The notes: generated by a model not told the origin, from the sequence alone. Positions 47,526-60,075 are shown, numbered from the whole stretch's first letter. The stretch is 63,855 nt of DNA, filler included, from Octopus bimaculoides (GCF_001194135.2; 7 parts of 6 records of this genome joined end to end with filler, not necessarily neighbours in it); one strand, 5' to 3'. Program-made: numbers and translations.

Positions 47526-48163
47526 TCCAGGGGATGATGACGGTGATGATGATGATGATGAATGAATGAATGAATGAATAAATGAATGAATGAATGAACA
47601 AACTCTTGTCTTGAAGCAAAGAAACTGCATTGAATAAATGTGAAACAAAAATCATTGAAAATTCGTATGAAAATGTACGACAGTGATTGAGAAAACTGAA
47701 TTATATTACTTGCGATTCGATAGCTCTTTGCTTCATAAGTAAAATCCGTTAAATGTCTGTTTCTGTTGTTTCATTCAATAGATTTTATTCATGAAGCAAA
47801 GCAAAGAAATTAAATAAATTTGAAATAAAAATCGTTGTAAGTTCGCATGGAAACTTAACGCTGCGTGAGGAAACTAAATTATACCGATTGAGGTTAGAGA
47901 GGTCTCTGCATGAGGCGACATATTTGTGAAAACGGCAGACGACAGATTTCAACGTTTCCTCCATAACGATATGTTTTGATGCGAGCTCCCAACGATTTTT
48001 ATTATAACCTTTTTTTTCAACATTATCAATAACGTCAGCAGCTGCAGCAACTTCCTTGGAATAATCTGAACTCAATAATTTGAAGAGCGGCATTTCATTA
48101 GTCTTTACGTTCTGAGTTCAAATTCCGCCGAGGCTAACTTTGCCTTTTATCTATTCTGGATCG

Positions 48164-48194
<31 letters not shown>

Positions 48195-48294
48195 NNNNNN
48201 NNNNNNNNNNNNNNNNNNNNNNNNNNNNNNNNNNNNNNTTAATTAATTAANNNNNNNNNNNNNNNNNNNNNNNNNNNNNNNNNNNNNNNNNNNN

Positions 48295-48660
48295 AAAAAA
48301 GATGGTATAAACACATGCTAGAAAAGGTCACAGAAAACGAGAAAGCAACCATACTCTGGGATATGCCAATACACATATATAGAGAAATTAAGGCCAATAG
48401 ACCAGATATAGTTGTCAAAGATCATGAAGGAAAAAAATGCTTTCTACTTGATGTATCAATACCAGTAGATGACAACGTTTCTCTAAAAGAAATGGAAAAA
48501 CTTTCAAAATACAAAGACCTGGAAATAGAGGTAACTCGAATGTGGAATCTAAAAACAGAAACAATTCCTATCATAGTAGGTGCCATAGGTATAATAAAAA
48601 AATATTCAGACAAATACATAACAAAAACACCAGGACTTACAAATGTATATAACATACAGC
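48295..48660 (+). pseudogene. R4/Dong-like LINE fragment A: restriction-like endonuclease domain
   Basis: ILWDMPIH...RPDIVVKD...LLDVSIP.D.NV..KE.EKLSKYKDL...MW...IPIIVGAIG (PD-(D/E)xK). Confidence 0.9.
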
Positions 48661-50385
48661 ACAAAGGATCCGCCGGTATGGGAATCGCCAACGTTTCTTT
48701 GAACCAAACAAACAGTTCAACTCCAACCCCAAAGATTCTACCAAGAACTTGGCAAAAATAAAATAGACATCAATGCAGCACCAACAGCAGAAGTGGGAGA
48801 ATTGTGGAAAGAAATATGGTCTGCAAAGGAACAACCTCAAAAGGGCTCTATCGAAACAACGAACTCAGCACCTGAACATCTCTGGATCCCTATAAGAAAT
48901 GAAGAGGTTACCCAGGCACTGCAAAATCTAAGCAATTGGTAGGCACACGGGCAAGATAAGATCGCCAACTTCTTGTTAAAATATCTGACAAGAACACACG
49001 AAAAGATGGCTGAGAAATTTAATGACATACTAGCAGAGTCAGAGACCATGCCTGAATGGCTCACGAAAGAGAAAACTATCCTAATTTCCAAACCCACTGA
49101 AACGATAAACCCACAAACTTACAGACCAATAACTTGTCTCCCTACAATTTACAAAGCCTTTACTACAATGATATCGTAGAGAATGGGCAAGCATCTGGAA
49201 GAAAATATCCTGTTTCCAGAAGAGCAGAAGGGATGCTGCAAGAGTTCATACGGCTGTAAAGATCAACTAATGATCAATAAAGACATAACTGAAGACAGTC
49301 ACAGAAAGAAGAAGAGTCTAAGTATGACTTGGATCGATTATCGAAAAGCTTTTTATAGTATTCCCCACAAATGGATCCTAGAAACATTACCCATGAACAA
49401 AGTAGCACCAATAATCATAAAATATATAAAACACTCTATGAATAAATGATAGACAGTGTTACAGCTCCAAACAAAAGAGGAACTCATAAAAACAAAAATG
49501 ATCCCCATTGGAAGAGGAATATTCCAGAGAGACACGCTCTCTCCAATCCTTTTTTCTGTTTGGCACTGACACCTTTATCTGATATGCAAAAAAGAACTGG
49601 ATGCAGATACAATTGTTATGGCAAAACAATCAGCCACTTCTTATATATCGATGACCTAAAACTGTATGCTGCAAATGATAAACAGATGGAGACTTTACTA
49701 CAGAAAATACATGGATTTACCAAAGAAATAAATATGAAATTTGGCTTAGAAAAATGTGCAAAGCAACCTTGAAAAGAGGACAACTTGTTAAGAGTAGCAA
49801 CATCACAATTAGATAAAGCCGATGAAATAAGAGAAACTGACCAAAGCCAGACAAAAATATTTAGAAATCAATGAACTACATACGATACAACACACGAAAA
49901 TGAATGAGAAAATAGAAGCATACTATAGACGAGTTAGGTTAATACTGAAAACAGAGCTCAATGCAAAAAACAAGATACTAGGTATTAACACTTTAGCCGT
50001 TCCAGTTATAAGTTACAGCTACAATATCCTTAACTGGACACTAAATGAACTAATCAAAATAGACAGGAAAACAAGAAAAATAATGACAGGATTTAGGATG
50101 CAGTGCCCAAAATCTGACAGTAATGTTATTCATACAACGTATAGAAGGTGGTAGGGGACATATACATCTAGAAATCTATTACAAAATAACTACCATAAAA
50201 CTACAGAAATACGTATTTCAGAAGCAAGGAAAACTAATACAAATAGCCACAAAACACGAACAAAACAAACTGCTTTCCGTCTTATAAGAAGCTGACAAAT
50301 ACAAACAAGAAGCCATACTACCGAGCAACTATGAAGAAAAAGAATAAACAAAAAAAGGTGTAAAACAAATGAGCAAAGACAAGGA
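48661..50385 (+). pseudogene. R4/Dong-like LINE fragment B: RT domain, frameshifted, lacking the C-terminus
   Basis: PEWLTKEKTILISK, YRPITCLPTIYK, EEQKGC, WIDYRKAFYSIPH, YIDDLKLYA, FGLEKC, KYL.I, KILGINTLAVPVISYS. Confidence 0.92.
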
Positions 50386-52600
50386 GCACAAGCATGATGC
50401 TGAATGGTTGCAAGAACTGAGACAAACAGTAGTCTGTCCAAAATAGGCAGAACTAGTCGTTTCAGTTAGGGAAGTGAAGGAAATCAGCAAAAAATGGGCA
50501 ACTGGAACGCCCCGGGACCAGGTGGAGTTAAAGACTACTGGATCAAAATATTTGGTAACTGTCATGCACGAATAGCTGCACAAATCAACACCTTGTTAAA
50601 TGCCGACCAAGTAACACCAGAGTGGTTGATAATGGGTAGGACAATGCTGTGCTTGAAAAACATCGAAAAAGACTATATGGTGGTCAATTACATGTCGATT
50701 TCCTGCTTGCTATTTATGTAGAAATTATTGACTGGAGTAGTCGCAGAGTCAAGCGAATGTCGTCTGGAAAAAAATGGGGTCCTGTTACATGTGCAGAAGG
50801 GTTGCAAGCGTAAGTGCAGAGGTACCAAGGTTCAACTCCTGGTAGACAAAAGTGTACTAAGCGATTGCAAGAGGAGGAAAACTAATTTATTCATGTCATG
50901 GATCGATTATCAAAAGGTGCACGATATGATCCCACATTCTTGGATTATGAAATGTATACACCTATTTGGTATTGCATCGAATGTTGGTCGATTGCCTAGA
51001 AAAAGTATGGCGAAGTGGAGGACGGAGCTGACAGCATATGAAAGAAGATTAGGGACAATAGAAATCAGGAGAGGCATCTTCCAATTGGACCGCCTGTCCC
51101 CACTTATCTTTGTATTGTGCATTATATCATTAACACTGAATCTGAGGAAAGCAAAGACTGAGTATGTATTGAAGAGCTGCCAACAAAAAGTCAACCACTT
51201 GTTATTCATGAATGACCTCAAACTTTATGGTAAAGATGAATCCCAAGTCAGTTCCCTCGTTGATAGGGTATATAATTTTAGTACTGATATGGAAATGGAG
51301 TTCGGACTGAGAAAGTGTGGTGTATTAGTTTGAAGAGAGGCAAAATCAAATGTATGGACAGGATAGCCACACCGTCGGAGGAGGTTATGAAAAAGATAGA
51401 AGAGACAGGCTATAAGTACTTGGGGACATTGGAAATGGATAAATGGATGGAGAAAGGAATAACGGAAAAATTTAAGATGAAGTACTCGCGCAGAATGACA
51501 CTGATACTGAAATCGAAATTAAACGGACGGAATGAGATTGAAGCTTTCAACACCTGGGCGATTTCACTCCTTAAAGATGGATCAGGAGTAATCGCATGGA
51601 CAGTAAATGAACTAACCAGCTTAGATAGAAAGACAAGAAATTTGCAGTCTAGATATGGGAGATTCCACCCCCAAATTGACACAGACAGACTGTATGTACC
51701 AAGAAAAAGAGGGAGAAGAGGACTGATTAGATGCGAACATAGCATTGGAGCAGAAGAATACAACATAGCTTGGTATGTAAGAACTGCCACAGAACCGCTA
51801 TTATTGGAAGTAAAAAGGTCAGGCTTGTGTAGGATGGAAGAGTGCTAAGATAAAGCACTGCACAAGCACTTGAGAAAGAATGAAACTGAAAATAGGTGGA
51901 TAAAGAAAATAATGCATGGACAGTTTCATAGGGAGGTTGAAGTTAAGACAGACAGAGAAAAAATATGAACAGGGATAACTAAATGTGAATTAAAACCGGA
52001 AACGGAGGCTCTAATATGTGGTACCCAACAGCAAGCGTTAAGAACCAATTACATCAAATACAGAATACACAATACATCATAAAGTGATAAATGCAGAATT
52101 TGTGGGAAAATGGTGAAACCGTATGACATATTACCAGCCGATGTACGCCACTAGCCCAGAAAGAAGGATTGTCCATCAGACACTTTGCAACAAGTATGGA
52201 CTTGACAAAGCAAAAACGTGATACGAACATAAACCTGAAGGCATCATCGAAAATGATAATGCAAAGATCTTATGTGATTTTATGATTTAGTGCGACCATG
52301 TGGTTAAGAATAGGAAACCAGACATAGTGCTAATTGAGAAAGAAAGCATACTATGCTGGATCATAGATATAGCATGCCCAGCTGACAACAAGGTATGCAA
52401 TAAGGAAGAAAGAAATGTCAATAGACATGACAGGTTAGCTTTGGAGGTTAAGCAGTTGTGGTCGCTGAAACAGGTTGTAGTAGCACCAATAATTGTCGGG
52501 AGTACTGGAAACAGTGAGAAAACATCTTGGGAAGTACACACAACGAATAGAGGCTGCAATAAGGTTGGAGCCAATAATTCGAATTTTCTGTCAGTATAAT
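50386..52600 (+). pseudogene. R4/Dong-like LINE fragment C (different subfamily): RT, zinc finger and REL, decayed
   Basis: [82 protein letters not shown]. Confidence 0.92.
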
Positions 52601-52872
52601 GTCATTCGTATTTTAGTGTCATTCCCGTTAGTTCTGTATAATTCTCCACACATTTCATACATATTATTATGTAAATCCGATTTCCGGACGCACAGATAAA
52701 ATTATTCTTTATTTTGCTGCATTACTTTTGTTTCACTTGGAATTTTTATCGTTTGGTCAATTTAAAATATATACCAAAAGGAGAACCCTAACATGCTTTA
52801 ACCTATTGGTTTTGAATATAGTTTGGCTCTTGTTTATATCTTTAGTGATTTTGGTTATCCTTTTCTGTTACA

Positions 52873-53016
52873 AAAGTCCGAAAATAAACCGAAAATAATA
52901 CTACCAGTACCACTAACTAAGAACTTCCTTTTTAAGAGCACGTGTGTTCGAAAAGGTTTAATGAAAGCGCTCACACACCAGAAAAATGCTCTTTCTAAAA
53001 ACAGGTTAGTAACATC
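52873..53016 (+). repeat. Left arm of a 144-bp inverted repeat (partner at 55170-55314)
   Basis: AAAGTCCGAAAATAAACCG...TTAAGAGCACGTGTGTT(C/T)GAAAAGGTTTAATGAAAGCGCTCACACACCAGAAAAAT...GTAACATC present in both orientations. Confidence 0.92.
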
Positions 53017-53029
53017 ATTTCCTTTTCAA

Positions 53030-55530
53030 ATTTTAACACTTCTTAATAAATGTAATACTAACCATTATCATATAGTCATAGTATGAATTTTCTTGATCTT
53101 TGACTCTTGCTAACTCGACAAATCCTATGTTTCCTGAATACAAAAAAAAAAAAGAATTAAATTATCTAAACACCTTTCCGTCCGTCTGCATCCATTCATT
53201 TTGAAAAATTGTAAGTTTCTGTGAGTGGAAACTTATGGCATCCCTTTAGAATCAAGTATTTCCTTCTGCTTTGTTACTTTTTGCTTTCCTATTTGATTTT
53301 TGACCATCATATTCTATCATCTACTAACGTTAGTGGATATCATCTGACAGATAGTGTATCCTTACGTTCTTCAAGTCGTATGTCACGAGTGTATACGTCT
53401 AATACAACTGTGCACATCCTTTTGGCTAAATTAAATGAAATATTTGTTCTAGTGTTCTCCGGGTAACTTGAAGAAAAGAATAAATATATTATTTTGAATC
53501 AGTTTATAACTTATATCTGTCTCAAATCGATTGTTGCCGTTCATTACTGAAATGTCTAAAAATGGTAGTTTCAATTGCCTTCATTCCATTGTGAATTGAA
53601 TTTCGTAATTTAATTTGGGAACAAGAATTATCTGGTGTTTTATTCCTACATTTTTGCTTAACAATAGTCTCTTCTGTGCCTAACAATTCATCATAATTAT
53701 TCTTGTCAAGTAATTTTCTGCGAGCCGAAAGCTACAGACTTCTGAAAGCCGTCTTTAATTTCCTTACAATTACATATAAGGTATATTTTAGTCCTTTTGT
53801 TGGTATACTGAGTTGCTACGTGGCATTTCTTACTTTTGTTTTAAGAATATATTGTATTTCAATTGGTTTTTTTTCTGCTTATTTAGTCGCTCAACGTATC
53901 TCTTCGTCTGAAGATGTTCTAAAAAGCAGTTACCTTAATTGCGTAGTTTAAAATTGTTCGTATTTCTATCTCCACTCCTATAGCTTTCAGTGTGATTTTT
54001 GCTGTCTAAAATTATTAAAAGTACTTTGGGATTCCATCTTTAGACAACTATCAATGTTTTTCTTTCTTTCAATTTGTCGTTTTAAAAATATTTCAACATG
54101 TCTCATTGTTGAGAAAACGCTGATAATTCTGTACTGAAAATCATTCCTTCTCCCTGATACATTTCTAATACATAAGTAGCTCCTGTTCATCGATTTAAAA
54201 CAATTTACTTTAACATTTGAAATCAATCTTATGTGATACAGTGCAGATTGCTTAACCTCTTCTGTTAAGGTATTCACTTATGTTTTACTCAATCGAAGAC
54301 TGTTTGAATTGTTTTATTTTTAATTTAAGTTCTTAGATGTGGAGCCTATTTTGTTTCAGGCCCTCGGTGTTGAAGATAGTTCGATTCTTTAGGTTAATAT
54401 TTCTCTTTCCACAGCTTTGAAACATTTTCGAAAAGTAATACTTTCGCCATTTCAATGAATGCAATGTTCATTCATCCATCAATCAATTTGAACTTTGGAT
54501 CATGTTCTCAAATTTTTGCATTTCTATTTCCGCATCCATTTGTCTGATCACAACTTGCCCTAATATGCCTTTGTCGCTCAAATATTTCTGTAATTTTTGT
54601 CTCAATAATTTTTGTGGAAGAACTACTGCTGCTGAGTTCAGCCAACGTTCATATACTTCTACTTCATTATTTATAATCATGCTCCAAAATTGAAAATTTC
54701 TTGAGATGTTTATTTGTGCATTTGTGGCCAAATTGTTTTAGAGTTGAATACATTGATGTTCGTATATTTTCACTATGCCCTTTGTCGCTTTGATACCTTG
54801 ATCAGATGTCTTAGTGTTTATCATGTATGACTGTTGAAACTTTAGACGGATCTGAGGTGTATTTCCTTCCTTTACCTCTTGGAGTAAAACAACGTGTTTC
54901 ATGTAATTTATGCATTATCATCCATATATGTCTGTGTCCCACAAGTCAAATTATATTAATGATGTGGAATACAATTATTATGATAAACGTTTATGATACA
55001 AAATCGAAACGTGAAATATGGTATTTACTGAATCAGTATTTCTGTAAGTATAGAAATTTCTGTAAGCATAAAATTTCCGTTTTATTTGGAAACTATTTCT
55101 GTGGATTTTTAACTCAGGCATCTATCAACCTATCAGCTGAAGTTTTGAAGAAAATGTCATGAAGATGAGGATGTTACAAACCTGTTTGGTGGAGGAGGAT
55201 TTTTCTGGTGTGTGAGCGCTTTCATTAAACCTTTTCAAACACACGTGCTCTTAACGAGGCAGCTGTTAGTTTTGTGGTAGTGTTAGTATTATTTCCGGTT
55301 TATTTTCGGACTTTGGGTTTTGGTCATATATATATATATATAGTTCAAAAAAACAATAACAAAAAAACAAAAAAACAACAAAGTGAGGACGTGATATGGA
55401 TAGTATTATTGGACGCTCAGGAAAGGAAAGAGAGAGTGTATGACGTTTCGGGCGTAGCCCTTCGTCGGAAAGATGGAAAGTTCGGAGAATGGAAGAACGG
55501 AGAAAGAGGAAAATGGTACCGATGCCCACG
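53030..55530 (-). mobile_element. Decayed Penelope-like element (upstream pLTR with hammerhead motif, N-terminal ORF region, RT thumb; most of the RT core deleted)
   Basis: IQFTME...LPFLDI...ETDI.YK, NISFNLAKRMCTVV...R...L.E.K..L....YP.TLVD at about 53610-53300 (Penelope RT C-terminus); attribution of 53700-54750 is inferred. Confidence 0.72.
55437..55474 (-). ncRNA. Penelope-type minimal hammerhead motif, slightly decayed
   Basis: Minus strand CTTT-CCGACGA-A-GGGC-TAC-GCCC-GAAACGTC-ATAC; one change in CUGANGA, perfect stem II, weak stem I. Confidence 0.65.
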
Positions 55531-55551
55531 AGGTTACATTATGAAAAAAGC

Positions 55552-55584
<33 letters not shown>

Positions 55585-55637
55585 CACATGTATACTTACA
55601 TACATGTACATATGTACGCATATGAAGGAGCATAACA

Positions 55638-55760
55638 ATGTGGTTAGGATGTTCCACTCGCGATCGCAATATCACGATGTGAATTCCCGAACCGGGTCGT
55701 GCGTTGTATTCATCCGCAAAACACTTCATCTCACGCTGTTCTGCGATCAATTCGACACCT
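55638..55760 (+). mobile_element. SINE family D head (diverged)
   Basis: GTGGTTAGGATGTTCCACTCGCGATCGC...GAATTCCCGAACCGGG...GCAAAACACTTCATCTCACG. Confidence 0.6.
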
Positions 55761-55963
55761 GAAGTGAGGCACAATGCGCACCTGTTCAGCCAGCGTCGAT
55801 TTGATTAAGGGAGTGAGCAAATGTACAGCACATATCTCTGACCACTATAAACGATTCATTTCTGCAGGTCGTTCAACAAAAATCGAACACTCATATGTTG
55901 TCTTCGACGGGAGATTCCATCGTGTATGTTTCTATCTTTCTCTCACTCTCTTTCTCTCTCTCC

Positions 55964-56043
<80 letters not shown>

Positions 56044-56318
56044 NNNNNNNNNNNNNNNNNNNNNNNNNNNNNNNNNNNNNNNNNNNNNNNNNNNNNNNNN
56101 NNNNNNNNNNNNNNNNNNNNNNNNNNNNNNNNNNNNNNNNNNNNNNNNNNNNNNNNNNNNNNNNNNNNNNNNNNNNNNNNNNNNNNNNNNNNNNNNNNNN
56201 NNNNNNNNNNNNNNNNNNNNNNNNNNNNNNNNNNNATATATATATATATATATATACAGATAGAGAGCGAGAGAGAGAGAGAGAGAGAGAGGGGTGGTGG
56301 TGGAGATAATTAGATAAC

Positions 56319-56362
<44 letters not shown>

Positions 56363-57091
56363 CGACAGATTTTAAACCAACATGTTTAATTACATTTAAG
56401 CATCGAATTAACAAGGATTTAAGGACATTTAACAAAAACAAAAGAAGACAAATGTGAAATGCAAATTAAAATTTATTAAAACAATGTAATATTAGGAAAA
56501 CTTTAATCTGTGCAATCATCATAATTAGAATCTTAATTAACACTTATTTATAATAAAAAGCATAAAGCAGAAGAAATATATAAATGTAGACTATTTCTAC
56601 AGAGGTTGCTTCTCTTAGGATTTAGAATTATTTGCAATTTTCTTTAACTGTTCTGTTGTATCTGTTTAAACAAATTGTTTCAGTGTTGGGTATCTAAACA
56701 TTTTAAAAGAAACTAGCAAAGGGTGTATTTTTAATAATAGAAACAAGATGTAAGCTAGCAGGCAAACATTGAGAAAGTTAGCAAGGCTTATTATCAGCCG
56801 AGATGAATATTTATTCAAACCATGAGTGAATTGTTTCAATCTGATATGGTCATTTTAATTTAAATATTCATAGTAGTATTTCATAAATACTAAGGGAATT
56901 TTATAATGGAAGAAATCATACTGATTCGGAATCTAAATTTAAACTACAAATCTTAGCACTTTTCCACCGCCATCTTAAGTCAGCTGTAAACTAAACCAAA
57001 AAGAAATGACAGTGTAAGCTAAAAATTAATGTATTCTTGCTGATTTACTTGAATTGGTTTTCGTTCAGCATTCATATACGATGTGGAGTGA

Positions 57092-57358
57092 GGGGGCAAA
57101 CATCAATGGCCCAGTGGTTAGGTTAGCGGACTCGTGGTCGTAGGATCACGGCTTCAATTCCCAGACCGGGCGTTGTGAGTGTTTATTGAGCGAAAACACC
57201 TAAAGCTCCACGAGGCTCTGGCAGCGCGTGGTGGCGAAACTTGCTGTACTCTTTCACCACAACTTTTTCTCACTCTTTGTTTCTGCTGTACCTGTATTTC
57301 AAAGGGGGGGGGCAATCTTGTCACACTGTGTCACGCTGAATCTCACCGACAACTACAT
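57092..57358 (+). mobile_element. SINE family C (diverged, 3' truncated)
   Basis: CAATGGCCCAGTGGTTAGGTTAGCGGACTCG...GAGCGAAAACACCTAAAGCTCCACGAGG. Confidence 0.9.
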
Positions 57359-57686
57359 TAATATATACATATATATAAGGAAAACAAGATAAGGTACAAA
57401 ATGCTAAAATAATTTTATCACGGATAACTTTTTCGTACCGATTTCAGTCTTTGTGACTTTTTCAACTCAGCAATGCATGAAAAACAATTAAATTGTTGAA
57501 AAATTAAATTAAATATTTTTAAAAAATAATTCCATAATTTTCAAATGCAAGGTACATTTTCCTTTTTTCCGTCTGTCTCTGTCTCTGTTTTTTACTCTTG
57601 TGGGTTGTAGGTAGTTAGCAGCAGCCAGTTTGATATGATTTCTTGTTTTTGATTGTTTAAGCAGTAGTAGTAAAGAAAGGAGGGGG

Positions 57687-57790
57687 AGAAGAAGAAGAAG
57701 AAGAAGAAGAAGAAGAAGAAGAAGAAGAAGAAGAAGAAGAAGAAGAAGAAGAAGAAGAAGAAGAAGAAGAACAAGAAGAAGAAGAAGAAT
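57687..57790. repeat. (GAA)n microsatellite
   Basis: Direct reading. Confidence 0.95.
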
Positions 57791-57849
57791 AGAATAATAA
57801 AAATGCGGGAGTGGTATGACAGTAGCAGGACTGGTAGAATCCTCTTAAC

Positions 57850-58110
57850 TAGTCAAGTAACCTAAACGTGACCCGTTGTGGTTGGAATAGTAGTGATTGG
57901 AATTCTTCTGAATAAATTTATGTGAAGTGTAAAGTTTCTGTTTTGAATACATCTTTTTTAATATTTGCGTGTGTGTTATTCTAAGGCCCTGGTGATAGTA
58001 TCATTTGTGGTACATGCATTGGGGTGTGTAAACTTGAGCCCTATGGAGAGTATATTGATCTGGTTTGCTGTTAGTTCTTTGTGAGATTGATGATTTTATC
58101 ACTTTTGGTT
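57850..58110 (-). pseudogene. Penelope ORF N-terminal fragment
   Basis: KIINLT then, after a frameshift, KELTANQINILSIGLKFTHP, matching the Penelope INLS...LT..E...L..GLKF.P motif. Confidence 0.55.
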
Positions 58111-58404
58111 CCTGTGACAACAAAGCTAAAAGCTGTGTTAAATTTCCTGGACATTTATAAATGTACAAGAAATTGCACACTGCTTTGGCTTTGTTGTCTC
58201 ATTTTATTTAATATATACACGCTCATACACGATCCGTGTTAGACTCCTCACTCATACTATTATCAAACGGAGTCTAACTGCGGTCCTTCCGTAGCCCCTA
58301 CATTGCCTTACCTGTCTTTTGGATCTCTTACATAGCCTTTTGGGTTTCTTACATAGCCTTACCTGCCTTATTGGTCTCCTTGATAAGAATTCAGTAAGCT
58401 GGTT

Positions 58405-58600
58405 GATGGTCTTCGCAGAACCAACAGAACGTATTTCTTCTGGTCTTTTACATTCTGGTTTCATATCCTTTGTGATTAATTGAATGTTTATCTCTGTTGG
58501 GAGTCGATGAAATAAAGTACCAGTTAACTACTAAAGGTCTATGGTGTCGACTAATTCCATACTTTCGAAATTGCTGGTATTGTGCCGAAATCGAAGCCAT
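58405..58600 (+). mobile_element. Highly diverged SINE family A
   Basis: GGAGTCGATGAAATAAAGTACCAGTT...GTCGACTAATTCC...GAAATTGCTGG. Confidence 0.5.
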
Positions 58601-58909
58601 TACTATGAATCCGTATCAATGACCTGTTTAATTTATATAAAGGTTAAATTTATCGAATAGAAGTAACGCTTTAAATCGTTTTAAAGTTAATTCCTATTAC
58701 TAATTAACAAAATATTCTAGAAATACTTTAACGAAATGAATAATAATATAAGTAAAAGATTTCAGAATTACAAATAAATATTTTATCCTTATTAGAAGAA
58801 CGCACAGTCTTAGATTAGTTAAATTTAAATATTCATAAGGTTAGTGTATAGTTATTAAAATTCTTAGCACTGAGGGAAGCGGAATCATTTTAATAATATT
58901 TTCTTACCT

Positions 58910-59313
58910 TTTTATTCCTTTACTTGTTTCAGTCATTTGACTGAGGCCATGCTGGAGAACCGCCTTTAGTCAAGCAAATCGACCCCAGGACGTATTTATT
59001 GTGAGCCAAGCACTTATTCTAACGGTCTCTTTTTGCCGAACTGCTAAGTTACAGGGACGTAAACGCACCAGCATCGGTTGTCAAGCGATTTTGGGGGGAA
59101 AAACACAGACACACAAACACACACACACACACATATATATATACACATACATATGTACGACAGGCTCCTTTGAGTTTCCGTCTACCAAATCTACTCACAA
59201 GGCTTTGGTCGTCCCGAGGCTATAGTAGAAGACACTTATCCAAGGTGTCACGCAGTGGGACTGAACCTGGAACCATGTGGCTGGTAAGCAGGCTACTTAC
59301 CACACAGCCACTC
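58910..59313 (-). mobile_element. SINE family B, full length
   Basis: TACTTGTTTCAGTCATTTGACTGAGGCCATGCTGGAG...GGAACCATGTGG...ACCACACAGCCACTC. Confidence 0.93.
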
Positions 59314-59465
59314 TGAAACATATTTTATACAGTTTCCATGGACACCCAAGTTAGAAAAATATCATAAAACCGTGCGTTGAATAATATACGTACAATCACA
59401 ATGTACTCATGTATAATCTAATACGACTCTAAAATTACAATACATGATTATACACACACATGCAT

Positions 59466-59524
<59 letters not shown>

Positions 59525-59624
59525 NNNNNNNNNNNNNNNNNNNNNNNNNNNNNNNNNNNNNNNNNNNNTTAATTAATTAANNNNNNNNNNNNNNNNNNNN
59601 NNNNNNNNNNNNNNNNNNNNNNNN

Positions 59625-60075
59625 CCAGAAAAATTTCTGCCAGGATCAGATGGTGAACACACAGAACAACTGTTGATTTGCTGTGTCCTCAAAATATGTA
59701 CCGAGACAAACTTCCACTTAACATCATGGTGTTTGGAGTGATCACTAGTGATGACGACGTTGTGCCTCCACTCATCTTCCCACATGGCCTCACACTCAAC
59801 ATAGAGACCTACATCAAGTACCTTGAGAGAAGGTAGTGCTGCCCTGGGTGAAGAGGGTAGCTCCTGGAAGACCCTATGTCTGGCAATAGGACTGCACCAT
59901 GTCACACAGGCAGGAGAACCCAGTCATGGCTGTCAGAAAATTTCTGTGATCACGTCACCCCTAACATCTGGCCACCTAACTCCCCAAACTGCAACACCCT
60001 TGATTATTATGTGTGGGGTGCGTTTGATCACGAGACCAACAAAACTCCTTGTAACACCAAAGATGAACTGAAGGT
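59625..60075 (+). pseudogene. Tc1/mariner-superfamily transposase fragment, DD37D (maT-like)
   Basis: IMVFGVITSD.DV.PPLIFP, WQ*D(s)APCHTGRRTQSWLSENF...WPPNSPNCNTLDYYVWG; 37 residues between the two D if the frameshifted Ser codon is restored. Confidence 0.85.

Noticed and set aside
56360-56930. AT-rich segment possibly from a Penelope 3' end
   Set aside because: No unambiguous GIY-YIG or ribozyme motif found.
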